A stretch of 64,000 bases of DNA from Candidatus Polarisedimenticolia bacterium. Lineage in GTDB: Bacteria; Acidobacteriota; Polarisedimenticolia; JACPZX01; DASXTC01. Location: contig DASXTC010000010.1 of the NCBI GenBank assembly GCA_036505635.1, forward strand, positions 29,107 to 93,106. Direction: 5' to 3'. The notes under the pieces are model-generated. The model searched no databases. It was given only the letters and a program-made list of their open reading frames with translations, and was not told the DNA's origin. Position 1 is the first letter of the stretch, and each line of letters starts with the position of its first letter. Shown here in pieces: positions 19,326 through 28,826 of this stretch. The position numbers and the translations under genes were made by a program.

Positions 19326-19931
19326 ATGACGATGCGTCGTTACATGGTCATGGCGGCAGCGCTCCTGGCTGCTCCGTCCGTGATGCTCGCGGCCACCACC
19401 TACACTATCGATCCCGCTCACTCGACCGCCCAGTTCAAGGTCCGGCACATGATGGTGTCGAACGTCACCGGGGACTTCGGAAATATGTCCGGCACGATCA
19501 CCTACGACCCCGCCGATCCCTCGAAGTCCTCCGTCGAGGCGGTGATCGACACCACATCCATCGACACGCGGCAGCCCAACCGGGACGAGGATCTGAAGAG
19601 CCCCAACTTCTTCGACGTGGCAAAGTTCCCCGCCATCACCTTCAAATCGAAGAAGGTCGAGCGGGCGGGTGAAGGGAAGCTCAAGGTGACGGGCGACCTC
19701 ACGATGAAAGGGGTGACCAAGGAGGTGGTCCTCGATGTCGAAGGACCCTCGCCGGAGGTCAAGGACTCCCGTGGGAACGTGAAGTCGGGCGCCTCGGCGA
19801 CGACGAAGCTCAAGCGCCTGGAATTCGGGATAACCTGGAACCCGACCCTGGATGGGGGAGGGGTCGTCGTGGGCGACGACGTGGCGATCACGATAGAGAT
19901 CGAGATGAAGAAGCAGCAGCCGGCAGGTTAG
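19326..19931 (+). CDS. YceI-family periplasmic protein
   Basis: AAGGAG; signal peptide; YTIDPAHS, FKVRHMMVS, RDEDLKSPNFFD, FPAITF. Confidence 0.92.
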   Translation: MTMRRYMVMAAALLAAPSVMLAATTYTIDPAHSTAQFKVRHMMVSNVTGDFGNMSGTITYDPADPSKSSVEAVIDTTSIDTRQPNRDEDLKSPNFFDVAKFPAITFKSKKVERAGEGKLKVTGDLTMKGVTKEVVLDVEGPSPEVKDSRGNVKSGASATTKLKRLEFGITWNPTLDGGGVVVGDDVAITIEIEMKKQQPAG

Positions 19932-19941
19932 CTCCGGAACG

Positions 19942-19976
19942 AAAAAGGCCGGCGGAGCAGTGCGGCTCCGCCGGCC
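19942..19976 (-). terminator. Intrinsic terminator for the minus-strand gene 20003-20773 (possibly bidirectional)
   Basis: Perfect 12-bp stem ggccggcggagc / gctccgccggcc with a 6-nt loop; A5 on the left gives a U-tract on the minus strand. Confidence 0.75.
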
Positions 19977-20002
19977 ATGATGATTCCGTGTGACGACGCG
20001 CT

Positions 20003-20773
20003 CTACTTGTCCACGCCGAAGCCGTACAGATCGCCACCCACCTGGTAGAGGCCGTATTCGCCGACCTTGAGGTCTTTCCTGGGGGTCAGCCGCCACAGGC
20101 CGGGCTTCTCCTGCTTGGCGTCGTAATCGATCTGCGAGTCCCCTTCGGGCTCGTCGCCCATCCTGCCGCCCCACGCGCCGGGCGAGAGCAGGTCGAACGA
20201 GCGATCGTTGTCATCGTCGTCCACCTGGAGCGTGACGATGAAGAACTTGTCGACCGGATTGGCGTTGGTCGCGACCAATATGGAGGGTTTCCTGTCCTTG
20301 GTCCTGACCGAGGCCTTCATCTCCTTGTACACCATGAAATGCCGGTACCCGACGAACGGGGCGACGATCTGCTGGCGGTTCCCGTGGCTCGCCGTGAGCT
20401 GCACCTCGCCGGACGTGCTGGCCAGCCGCACGTTGACGCGCGTGTCGGAACTGGTGCTTCCTCCCGAGCTGGAGGAAGAGGAGGATCCCGACGACCCGCT
20501 GGAGCGGTCGAGCATCGCTTCGATGACCGTCGAGCTGCAGCCGTCCGACTTGAGCTTCACGAGGTCGTCGGTTCCGGTCTTGAAGTCGACGGTCGCGGCC
20601 TCCTTGATCTTGGCGAGGACGACCTTGTCGCCGAGGCCCGACTTGCAGAGCTTCACGACCTCGGCGTTGGTCAGCGCTGTCTCGGCGCCTTTCTCCTGAG
20701 GCCGGGCGGAAGCGACGGCGCCGAAGGCCACGGCCAGAATCACGGTGAAGAGCGCGCAGGCGAGCTTTCTCAT
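20003..20773 (-). CDS. Hypothetical secreted protein
   Basis: Signal peptide; LTNAEVVKLCKSGLGDKVVLAKI helical module; Ser-rich linker; beta-rich C-terminal domain. Confidence 0.8.
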   Translation of the reverse strand: MRKLACALFTVILAVAFGAVASARPQEKGAETALTNAEVVKLCKSGLGDKVVLAKIKEAATVDFKTGTDDLVKLKSDGCSSTVIEAMLDRSSGSSGSSSSSSSGGSTSSDTRVNVRLASTSGEVQLTASHGNRQQIVAPFVGYRHFMVYKEMKASVRTKDRKPSILVATNANPVDKFFIVTLQVDDDDNDRSFDLLSPGAWGGRMGDEPEGDSQIDYDAKQEKPGLWRLTPRKDLKVGEYGLYQVGGDLYGFGVDK

Positions 20774-20858
20774 CTTTTCGTTCCTCCCTCGATGGGGCCA
20801 CGGATTGGTTGGATTGCCCGTATAGTTAATCAGGAGGCCGATGCCGGAGTCAACAGGG

Positions 20859-22916
20859 TCACCTCTTGAGCCACTGGTCCAGCCACCCCAGCACCGTCTC
20901 GTGCCACAGGATGCTGTTCTTCGCCTTCAGGACCCAATGGTTCTCGTCGGGGAAGTAGAGGAACTTCGACGGGATGCCACGCCGCTGCAGCGCCGTGAAG
21001 ACCGCCATCCCCTCGGTCTCCGGAAGCCTGAAGTCGAGCGCCCCATGGATGACCAGCATCGGGGTCTTCCACTTGTCCACGTACTCACCCGGAGAAAAGT
21101 GCTCGTAGGCGACCTTCTTCTCCCAGGGAGTGCCGCCGAACTCCCACTCCGGGAACCACAGTTCCTCGGTCGTGTAGTAGGACGACCGCTCGTCCATCTC
21201 GCCGTCGTGGCTCACGAGGCACTTGAAACGGTCGGTGTGCCCGGCGATCCAGTTGATCATGTACCCGCCGTAGGAGGCGCCCAGGGCGCCGACCCGGTCG
21301 CCGTCGACGTAGTCGTAGGAGGCGATCACGTAGTCGAGCCCCTTCATCAGATCCTCGAAGGGCTTGCCCCCCCAGTCGCCGCTGATGGCGTCGGTGAACG
21401 ACTGGCCGTAGCCGGTGCTGCCGTGAAAGTCGATCGCCACGGTGACGTAGCCGGCCCCTGCGTAGGCCTGCGGGTTCCAGCGGTAGTGGAAGTGATCCTC
21501 CCAGGAGCCCTGCGGGCCGCCGTGGATCAGGAAGGCCACCGGGTACTTGCGGCCGGCCTGGAATCCCACCGGCTTGAGTATCCACCCGTGCACCTTCTCG
21601 TTGCGCGCCCCTTTGAACCAGAACTCCTCGGGCTTGCTCATGAGGGCCGCCGCAACGCGCGCGTCGTTGATCCCGGTGATCCTCTTCGGATCGGTGCCGT
21701 CGAGCCGGCACGTGTGGATCTCGGCCGGCGAGGTGAGCGAGTCCTGCGTGAAGACGAGCCGCCCCCCGGCGGCAACCGACACGCCGCCGTTGAAATGCTC
21801 TGCCACCACCGGCGAGGCGAGCCCGGCAGCCGCGTCCACGGAGAAGATCTTCGAGCGGGCGGTTTCTCCGGCCGTGACGATCAGCTTCCTGCCGTCGCCG
21901 GACCAGGCGACCGAGCCGACCGAGCGGTCCCAGTCGCCCGTGAGGACCCGGCTCCTGCCCGCCGCCTTGTCGTAAAGGACGATGGCCTGTTTGTCCGCCT
22001 CGAACCGCGGCCGCCGCATCGCGAGGTAGGCGATCGTCTTGCCGTCGGGCGACCAGGCGGGGGTCGTGTCGACCGCCTCGTTGGGCTCGGTGATGCAACG
22101 GAACCCGGAGCCGTCGGTGGCCGCGACGTAGATATCCAGATCGGTGGACCAGGCCGGGTTCTCAACCATCTTGGCGGTGAAGGCGATCTCCTTTCCGTCG
22201 GGGGACCAGGCGAACTCCTCGGATCCGCCGAACGGCTTGGTGGGCGCGTCCGCGTCGGCCCCTTTCATCAGATCCACGGGACCGGCGGCGCCGCGCCCCG
22301 GCCACACGAAGACGTGGCTTCGCTTGCCGTCCTCCCAGGCGTCCCAGTGCCGGATCATCAGCTTCGTGTAGACGCGCGCCTTGACAGGGTCCTCCGACTT
22401 CTCCTTGTCGCGCTTCGCCGTGCAGTCCATGTCGTCGCAGTCGGGGTAGACCTCGGCGGAGAACGCCATGCGTGTGCCGTCGGGCGACCACTGCACGTTG
22501 TCCACGTCGATGGGAAAGTCGCTCTTCTTGACCGCCTCGCCGCCCGCCACGTCGATCGTCCAGATCTGGGATGACCCGCTGCGGCCCGAGATGAAGGCGA
22601 TCGTTCTTCCATCGGGGGACCAGCGCGGCCCCGTGTCGGAGGCCTGGGCGGTCGTGAGCTGCCTGAGCGTCGAGCCGTCCATCGAGACGAGCCACAGGTT
22701 CGTGCGCGTCTTGTTGGTTTTTTCGTCCCACGAGCGGCGCGTGAAGACGACCCACTTGCCGTCGGGAGAGGGCTGCGGGTCGCCCAGTCGCTCCATGGCG
22801 ACCATGTCGTGCACCGAGAAGGGATGGGTCTCGGCGGCGAGGGACAATGGGGCGGCAACCGGACACATCAGCGCTGCGCAGGCCGCGATCGCGGCGGGAA
22901 GACGGCTCAACGGCAT
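20859..22916 (-). CDS. Secreted S9-family (prolyl oligopeptidase / acylaminoacyl) peptidase
   Basis: ATG 22916 after AAGGAG; PD40 repeats (WSPDG); IHGGPQG, GASYGG nucleophile, D.R, DENH. Confidence 0.93.
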   Translation of the reverse strand: MPLSRLPAAIAACAALMCPVAAPLSLAAETHPFSVHDMVAMERLGDPQPSPDGKWVVFTRRSWDEKTNKTRTNLWLVSMDGSTLRQLTTAQASDTGPRWSPDGRTIAFISGRSGSSQIWTIDVAGGEAVKKSDFPIDVDNVQWSPDGTRMAFSAEVYPDCDDMDCTAKRDKEKSEDPVKARVYTKLMIRHWDAWEDGKRSHVFVWPGRGAAGPVDLMKGADADAPTKPFGGSEEFAWSPDGKEIAFTAKMVENPAWSTDLDIYVAATDGSGFRCITEPNEAVDTTPAWSPDGKTIAYLAMRRPRFEADKQAIVLYDKAAGRSRVLTGDWDRSVGSVAWSGDGRKLIVTAGETARSKIFSVDAAAGLASPVVAEHFNGGVSVAAGGRLVFTQDSLTSPAEIHTCRLDGTDPKRITGINDARVAAALMSKPEEFWFKGARNEKVHGWILKPVGFQAGRKYPVAFLIHGGPQGSWEDHFHYRWNPQAYAGAGYVTVAIDFHGSTGYGQSFTDAISGDWGGKPFEDLMKGLDYVIASYDYVDGDRVGALGASYGGYMINWIAGHTDRFKCLVSHDGEMDERSSYYTTEELWFPEWEFGGTPWEKKVAYEHFSPGEYVDKWKTPMLVIHGALDFRLPETEGMAVFTALQRRGIPSKFLYFPDENHWVLKAKNSILWHETVLGWLDQWLKR

Positions 22917-22972
22917 CAGGAGCTCCTTCGCGGGTATCATTGATGAGAGTGCGCCCAGCCGTCGCGGCGGAG

Positions 22973-25012
22973 TCAGTACTTCGCCAGCTCGCGGATGGCC
23001 GCGGTGACCTCCTCCTGGGAGGGGAGCACGGCGGGCTCGAGGCTCGGCGCGTAGGGGACGAAGGAGTCCTTCGCGGCGACACGGCGAACCGGGCCGTCGA
23101 GGTGCTCGAAGGCGTCCGATGCGATGCGAGCGGCCACTTCGCCGCCGAACCCGCCGGTCATGATCGCTTCGTGCACCACGATCGCCTTGCCCGTCTTGCG
23201 GACGCTGCCAATCACCCGCTCGACGTCCCACGGAACGATCGTGCGCAGATCGATCACCTCCACCGAGATCCCTTCCTCTCCGAGCGCGTCGGCCGCCCGC
23301 TCGCAGCGCACGACGCCGCTGCCCCAGGTGACCGCGGTCACGTCGGTCCCCTCCCGCGCGACGCGGGCCACCCCGAACGGCACCAGGTAGTCGGCATCGG
23401 GCTCGGGCGACTTGGAGTAGACCTGCCGATAGAGCCCTTTGTGCTCGAAGAAGAGGACCGGGTCCTCCATCCGGCAAGCGGTCTTGACGAGCCCCTTGGC
23501 GTCCGCCGCGTTGCTCGGGTAGGCGATGTACCATCCGGGGGTGTGCGCGTAGAGAGCCTCGATGCACTGGCTGTGGAAGGGGCCGCCCCGTATGTAGCCG
23601 CCCACCGCGATCCTCACCACCATCGGGCACGACCAGGCCCCGCCGCTTCTCCAGCGGAGCGTCGGGATCTCGTTTCGCATCTGCATATAGCCGGGAAACG
23701 AGTAGTCGCCGAACTGGATCTCGACGACTGGCCGGAACCCGGCGATCGCCATACCCTGCGCCACTCCCACGATGCTCGCCTCGGCGAGCGGGGAGTTGGT
23801 GACGCGTCCGGGGAAGGCGGTCCCCAGGCCGCGCGTGACGCCGAAGACCCCTCCCTTCGGATCGGCGACGTCCTCGCCCCACATGATGATCTTCGGGTCT
23901 CGCAGCATCTCCTCCCGCAGGCCCCGGTTGATCGCCTCCACCATCGTGATCGGCTCACTGGAGCCGGAGCGTGGGGGCCTCGCGTCGGTCACCGGCTGTT
24001 TCCCTGAGAAGATGTGAAGCGTCGCGGTCTCGGGCCCCGGGTCGGGCATCCTCTCGGCCTGAGACGCCGCGAGCTCGACCTCCGCCTTGATCTCCTCGTG
24101 CATCCGGCGGATGTCCTCCTCCTTGAGGAACCCCTTATTGAGCAGCACGCCGGCCGTGTGCGCCAGCGGGTCCTCTTTCAGGATTGTGTCGAGCTCTTCC
24201 TGGGAGCGGTACTTGGTCTGATCGTCGGAGGAGGAGTGCGAGTCGAGCCTGACGACGTGCGCCTCGATGAGGCGCGGGCCCCCGCCGGCGCGCATCTCGG
24301 CGACCAGGGGCCGGAGCAAGTTGTACATGTCGGTGAATCGGGTGCCGTCCACGTGGACCGCCCGCATGTCGAAGCCGCGCGAGATGTCCTGCACGTCAGA
24401 GCCGGTCTGGATCTCCTGCGGGACGCTGATCGCGTAGCCGTTGTTCTGGATGAGGAACATGACGGGAAGCTGCTCTCGCACCGCCCAGTTGAGCGCCTCG
24501 AAGAACTCGCCCTCGCTCGTGGCCCCCTCGCCCGACGAGACATAGACGATCTCGTCCAGCCCCAGGTCGCGCACGGCGCGCGCCATGCCGACCGCGGGGA
24601 GGAACTGCGTCCCCGTGCAGGCGGTGGGGGAGACCACCCGCAGCTCCTTCGAGGAAAAATGCTCGCTCATGTTCCGGCCGCCGCCGCACGGGTCATCGAC
24701 CTTCGACAGCATGTGGAGGAAGATGTCCCGCAGGGGCATGCCGAGCCCCACCATCAAGGCCTTCTCGCGGTAGTAGGGGAAGAACCAGTCCTTGCCGGCC
24801 TGCAGCAGGTAGCTCATCGCGATCTGGATCTTCTCGTGGCCGCGGCTCGATGCGTGGAACGACACCTTGCCCGCGCGGACGAAGGTCTTGATCCGGTCCT
24901 CGAGGTAATAAACACGCAGCATCTTGCCGTACATGTCGACCAGAAGGTCCTTCGGGACCTCCTGCTCCCGCGGCCGGATCGGAGTCACTTTCTGGGATGC
25001 TCTCTTCGTCAT
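22973..25012 (-). CDS. Fused 2-oxoacid dehydrogenase E1 alpha/beta subunit
   Basis: TPP motif GEGATSEGEFFEALN, HSSSDD; beta part GEDV, NSPLAE, EIQF, VEVIDLRT. Confidence 0.92.
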   Translation of the reverse strand: MTKRASQKVTPIRPREQEVPKDLLVDMYGKMLRVYYLEDRIKTFVRAGKVSFHASSRGHEKIQIAMSYLLQAGKDWFFPYYREKALMVGLGMPLRDIFLHMLSKVDDPCGGGRNMSEHFSSKELRVVSPTACTGTQFLPAVGMARAVRDLGLDEIVYVSSGEGATSEGEFFEALNWAVREQLPVMFLIQNNGYAISVPQEIQTGSDVQDISRGFDMRAVHVDGTRFTDMYNLLRPLVAEMRAGGGPRLIEAHVVRLDSHSSSDDQTKYRSQEELDTILKEDPLAHTAGVLLNKGFLKEEDIRRMHEEIKAEVELAASQAERMPDPGPETATLHIFSGKQPVTDARPPRSGSSEPITMVEAINRGLREEMLRDPKIIMWGEDVADPKGGVFGVTRGLGTAFPGRVTNSPLAEASIVGVAQGMAIAGFRPVVEIQFGDYSFPGYMQMRNEIPTLRWRSGGAWSCPMVVRIAVGGYIRGGPFHSQCIEALYAHTPGWYIAYPSNAADAKGLVKTACRMEDPVLFFEHKGLYRQVYSKSPEPDADYLVPFGVARVAREGTDVTAVTWGSGVVRCERAADALGEEGISVEVIDLRTIVPWDVERVIGSVRKTGKAIVVHEAIMTGGFGGEVAARIASDAFEHLDGPVRRVAAKDSFVPYAPSLEPAVLPSQEEVTAAIRELAKY

Positions 25013-25208
25013 CGTCACCTCTCAGGTGGACACATATTGCCACGTCCGGGGCAGGGACGTCACGCGAGCGAGTCGAACCCTGAACACGGTGAAGATGAGC
25101 TCCAGCGGGCCACCCCGGCGAAGCAGGGGGGCGCTCGTGGAACGACCCGTGGTACGGACGAGCCTGGCCATCCCGGCCCGGCCCCGAAAGGACGCGAGGC
25201 GCGTGCGC

Positions 25209-25772
25209 CTAGAAACGATACCTTGCGCCGCCGGTCAGGGCGAAGAACGAGTTGGGATCGTCGCCGGTCACGCCGTGGAGGAGCCCCTCAATCCGGATCG
25301 CCCAGTGGGACTCGAAGGGAATGTCGAGACCGCCCCCGGCGTTGAATCCGACCTCGATGCCGTCGTCGGCGCCCTGGACGGCGGGGCCGCTGAACCGTTT
25401 GTCGTAGATCCCGGCGCCGCCCGAGATGAACGGGCGAACCGGACCCGGCTCCCAGTTGTAGACGATCCCGGCTGTCGCGAGCAACACGTCGGCCTCGCCG
25501 CGGAAGCCGTTGATCCGCGCATCGAACGAGGTGAAGGCGGCCATCGCGCGCACGGCCAGGCGTGGCTTCACGAAGAACTCGGCGGCGACGCCAAAGAGCG
25601 GCTCGAAGTCATCGAAGTCGTTGTCGAACGCGCGGGCGAAGCCGATGTTGGCGGTCACGGCGAAGTCGCTCAGGGCGGGGGCCGATGTCGAGGCCGGATC
25701 GGCAAGTGCGGTGGCGGGAGCCAGCGCGACGAGCAGCACGGGCAGGATCGGCGTTTTCATGATACGAAACAT
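25209..25772 (-). CDS. Outer-membrane beta-barrel (OmpA-like transmembrane domain) protein
   Basis: AGGAGG; signal peptide; alternating amphipathic strands; C-terminal GARYRF. Confidence 0.85.
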   Translation of the reverse strand: MFRIMKTPILPVLLVALAPATALADPASTSAPALSDFAVTANIGFARAFDNDFDDFEPLFGVAAEFFVKPRLAVRAMAAFTSFDARINGFRGEADVLLATAGIVYNWEPGPVRPFISGGAGIYDKRFSGPAVQGADDGIEVGFNAGGGLDIPFESHWAIRIEGLLHGVTGDDPNSFFALTGGARYRF

Positions 25773-25874
25773 CCTGGTCCTCCTCTCGCTTGACTGCGTC
25801 GGATGTGAATCTTCACTTGATGCCAGCGGGGACTTGGCAGACGACCAACGGGGTGGCCGAACCTTAAACGCGCT

Positions 25875-26840
25875 TCACGGCCGTGTCAAGCCGCCGCGGA
25901 GCGGCGCGGCGGGCGGGGTCGCGCGTCTCAGCCGTCGAAGGAGCCGCCGCATGTCCGCCGGAAGCGGGCTCTCGACTCGCACGGCCCCCCCCCCACGGGG
26001 ATGCGCGAAGCCGAGCCGGGCGGCGTGAAGCGCCACTCTCGGGATGAGCGGGCTGGGCTTGCCGTAGGTCCTGTCGCCGATCAACGGATGGTTGATTCCC
26101 GCGAGCTGGACGCGAATCTGGTTGCGTCGTCCCGTCTCGAGCGTCACGCGCAGCAACGCGGCGCCTGAGAGCTCCTCTTCCATCCGGTAGGCGCAGATCG
26201 CTTCGAGCCCCCTGGCGCGATCGCGGGTTTCGGCCACCTTGAGCGACCGGGGATTCTCCACGAGCCAGGACCTGAGGCGCGCCTCGCCGGGGCGCGGCAC
26301 CCCCTCGCAGATGGCGAGATACTCGCGCCGCGCCGTCCTCTTCTCGAACTGCGCGGAAAGGGAGAGGGCCGCCTGCTCCGTGCGCGCGAACAGGACCAGA
26401 CCCGAGGTGAACCGGTCGATGCGGTGAACCACCCAGATCCCGGGGACCTGGACGCCGCGGCCTGCGTACATCTCCAGGATCCGGTCGGCCAGAGTGTCGC
26501 CGGCGCGCGCCGGGGCCGGCACCGTGAGCAGGCCGGGGTCCTTGTCCACTACCACGAAGTCGTCGTCTTCCAGGACCATCCTGAATCCGGTGGGGTCCTT
26601 CCCCGTCCTGCGCGGGGGGTGGTAGCGCGCGGCCGCGTCGAATCGGGCCTCGAGGCGCTCCCCGCCGGCCAGCCTCCGCGTGGGATCCCTCACGGGGCGC
26701 CCGTTGACCCGCACGAGCCCCCGGGCCACGAGCCCCTTGGCCGTGGCGTGGGACAGCCCGGCCAGCGTGTGCAGGACAGCCGCGAGGGTCCGGCCGGCCT
26801 CCTCGGGACCGACCTCCAGGGAGACGTCTTTCAGCGGCAT
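25875..26840 (-). CDS. RluA/RluD-family pseudouridine synthase
   Basis: N-terminal S4-like domain; VVDKDPGL, HRIDRFTSG (catalytic D), LETGRRNQIRVQL, GDRTYG, ALHA. Confidence 0.92.
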   Translation of the reverse strand: MPLKDVSLEVGPEEAGRTLAAVLHTLAGLSHATAKGLVARGLVRVNGRPVRDPTRRLAGGERLEARFDAAARYHPPRRTGKDPTGFRMVLEDDDFVVVDKDPGLLTVPAPARAGDTLADRILEMYAGRGVQVPGIWVVHRIDRFTSGLVLFARTEQAALSLSAQFEKRTARREYLAICEGVPRPGEARLRSWLVENPRSLKVAETRDRARGLEAICAYRMEEELSGAALLRVTLETGRRNQIRVQLAGINHPLIGDRTYGKPSPLIPRVALHAARLGFAHPRGGGAVRVESPLPADMRRLLRRLRRATPPAAPLRGGLTRP

Positions 26841-26918
26841 GCGGTAAACCGGGGGGGGATCGGCTCCGTATGAGTATCGACAGGCATCACGACAGGGTAC
26901 TCTTCAACGGGTGCGACG

Positions 26919-27263
26919 ATGCTGATCCTGAGTCTGATGGTGATGGGCGCGATCATCGGGCTGATGTGCCTCGTGGCGATCCCGATCCTCCTCGTGGGGG
27001 TGATCCTGGGGGCGGTCCTGTACGTCGTCGTCCATATCATCATGATCCCCTTTCGCCTGTTCGGCTGGGCCCTGGCGATCGGCGCGGGCGCGGTCGCGCT
27101 GGTGATCAGGCTCCTGATCCTGGTGGCGCTCGGGTTCATCGGGATGGCCCTCCTGCTCGCGCTCGCCGTCCCGTTGCTGCCCCTGGTGCTGATCGGGATC
27201 GGCATCTGGCTCGCCGTGCGGGCCCGGCGCCGGCAGATTGAGTCGCGCGCGCCCGTGTCCTGA
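26919..27263 (+). CDS. Small hydrophobic membrane protein
   Basis: 114 aa, almost entirely hydrophobic, with a basic tail; fills the gap between rluA and the next gene. Confidence 0.7.
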   Translation: MLILSLMVMGAIIGLMCLVAIPILLVGVILGAVLYVVVHIIMIPFRLFGWALAIGAGAVALVIRLLILVALGFIGMALLLALAVPLLPLVLIGIGIWLAVRARRRQIESRAPVS

Positions 27264-27270
27264 GGGCTCC

Positions 27271-28758
27271 TCACAAGCTGCCGCGCACCTCGAAGTCGAT
27301 CCCGGCGATGCCGCCGCCTGCACTCACGACGACCGTCCGAAACTCGGGCCGCGTGAACAGGTGCTTGCCCGGCTCCCCCTTGACCACCACGCGGTAGCTC
27401 CCGGGGGGTGGGAGCGTCATGGAGTAGTTCCCGTCGGCCGAGATGGCGGCGCGGGCATGCAGCTTCAGGATGTTGTTGGGCCCGTAGAAGAGAACCTCCC
27501 TCGCGGCCTCCCGCTGGCCCGAGATCTTGCCGGTCAGAGACGCCTCGTCCACGGTGCGGGTAGGCCCGGGAGCGGGAGGCGGGACCTGCGGCGGAGCCAC
27601 GGCAGGAGGCTCGGATTGCTCGGTGGACTCCGGCTCGACCGTGGGCTCCCGCTCGGGCTCGGCAGCGGGCTCGGCCGCGACCGCCGGCGGCGATGCCGGC
27701 ACCGTGCGTGGCACCTGTACGAGGCTGATCCCGGGACCGGCGTCCGGTGTGGAGGAGGCCACCGCCACGAGGAGCGTCTCTTCCTGTCTCTCGATCATTC
27801 TCGAGGCGATCAGTCCGGGCGCCCCGGGGAGCGGCTCGGTCCGCACCACCGACGCGGCCGCCACGTCGATGAGGCTGAGCGCCGATCGATCTTCGTGCAG
27901 AACCGCCGCGACCGAGCCGTCCGGCGACAGCGCCAGGCCCCTCGCCGCCGCGGGAAGGGGCACCAGTGTGGTCGCGTCGTCGTCGGTGAGCTGCGCGCGC
28001 CCCTCGGACCGGGGACGTCTGGACGGATCGATGACGGCCAGGGCCGTGCCGCGCAGCGCGCAGAGGATCGAGCCTGTCCGAGACCCAGCCAGCGCGGAGT
28101 GATCTCCCGGCGACTTGTAGAACCAGGAAGCTCTCGGCGGGTCGAGGTTGTACGAGATGATCCGGCCGCTGGCGGCGATGATGAGCCTCGGGGCCGACCC
28201 GGGAGGATCGACCAGGGCCACCGCCTGGGGCGAGAGCCCGAGCCGCACCGGTCCGGCCACCGCACCCGATCGGGCGTCGATGACCGTCAGGACCCAACCG
28301 CCCGCCTCGCGCGGGACGCCCGGGGAGGTCTTGATCCCCACGATGCAGGCCAGCCCGTCGCGGGTGATCTCCAGAAAGGAGCCGCGCCCCTTCACCTCGT
28401 GACGCGATGTCTCACGCCACGGCGGCGCGGCGTCGAACGAGACGAGCGCCGTCGTTCTGCCGTCGGTGGCGGCCACAAGGCCGTAAAGGGTCCGCCCATC
28501 GACGGAGATCGCGATGTCCTCGAAGGCCGGCGCGGGCGGGTTCCATCGCGTCCCGATCGCCGCAGGCTCGGACCCGGGGCCGAGCTGGACGACCACGCCG
28601 TCGGGACCGAGCGCCCAGGCGCTGCCGCCGTCCGGCGAGACCACCAGCCTCTCGCGCCTCGAGGGGCCGCCCTCCGCTCCGGCGGAGGCGTCCAGGATCG
28701 TCGCGAGAAGGGCCGCGGCCGCCCCCCAGGTCGTCAGAGTCCCGGACCTTCTTCGCAT
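27271..28758 (-). CDS. Secreted beta-propeller protein with Pro/Glu linker and C-terminal carboxypeptidase-regulatory-like domain
   Basis: Signal peptide; VSPDG, ISVDG, LSPDG blades; PAAEPEREP linker; LTGKISG...ADGNYSMTLPPPGSYRV. Confidence 0.75.
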   Translation of the reverse strand: MRRRSGTLTTWGAAAALLATILDASAGAEGGPSRRERLVVSPDGGSAWALGPDGVVVQLGPGSEPAAIGTRWNPPAPAFEDIAISVDGRTLYGLVAATDGRTTALVSFDAAPPWRETSRHEVKGRGSFLEITRDGLACIVGIKTSPGVPREAGGWVLTVIDARSGAVAGPVRLGLSPQAVALVDPPGSAPRLIIAASGRIISYNLDPPRASWFYKSPGDHSALAGSRTGSILCALRGTALAVIDPSRRPRSEGRAQLTDDDATTLVPLPAAARGLALSPDGSVAAVLHEDRSALSLIDVAAASVVRTEPLPGAPGLIASRMIERQEETLLVAVASSTPDAGPGISLVQVPRTVPASPPAVAAEPAAEPEREPTVEPESTEQSEPPAVAPPQVPPPAPGPTRTVDEASLTGKISGQREAAREVLFYGPNNILKLHARAAISADGNYSMTLPPPGSYRVVVKGEPGKHLFTRPEFRTVVVSAGGGIAGIDFEVRGSL

Positions 28759-28826
28759 CTCCCCGACTCACTGGGAATTCCAATCGTTTGAAACCCGGTG
28801 GCATCCTATCGTAGAGTGCCCTCCAG

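Noticed and set aside
20788-20803. Possible fourth copy of the 35-bp motif (gtggccccatcgaggg on the minus strand)
   Set aside because: It runs directly into the SD with no CATGT block and no room for a TSS; probably chance.
20859-23882. 1007-aa ORF suggesting an E1-peptidase fusion
   Set aside because: The N-terminal part is an alternate frame of the E1 gene; the peptidase has its own SD, ATG 22916 and signal peptide.
25071-25080. tRNA T-loop-like GGTTCGA on the minus strand, or a 6S-like RNA, in the 25019-25208 gap
   Set aside because: No cloverleaf or acceptor stem, and no long 6S-type rod could be folded by eye.
25985-25994. C10/G10 homopolymer in the rluA-family gene as a phase-variation tract
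   Set aside because: The frame is intact and matches the usual C-terminal length (HPRGGGAVRVESPLP); it lies near the 3' end; G/C runs are common in this DNA.
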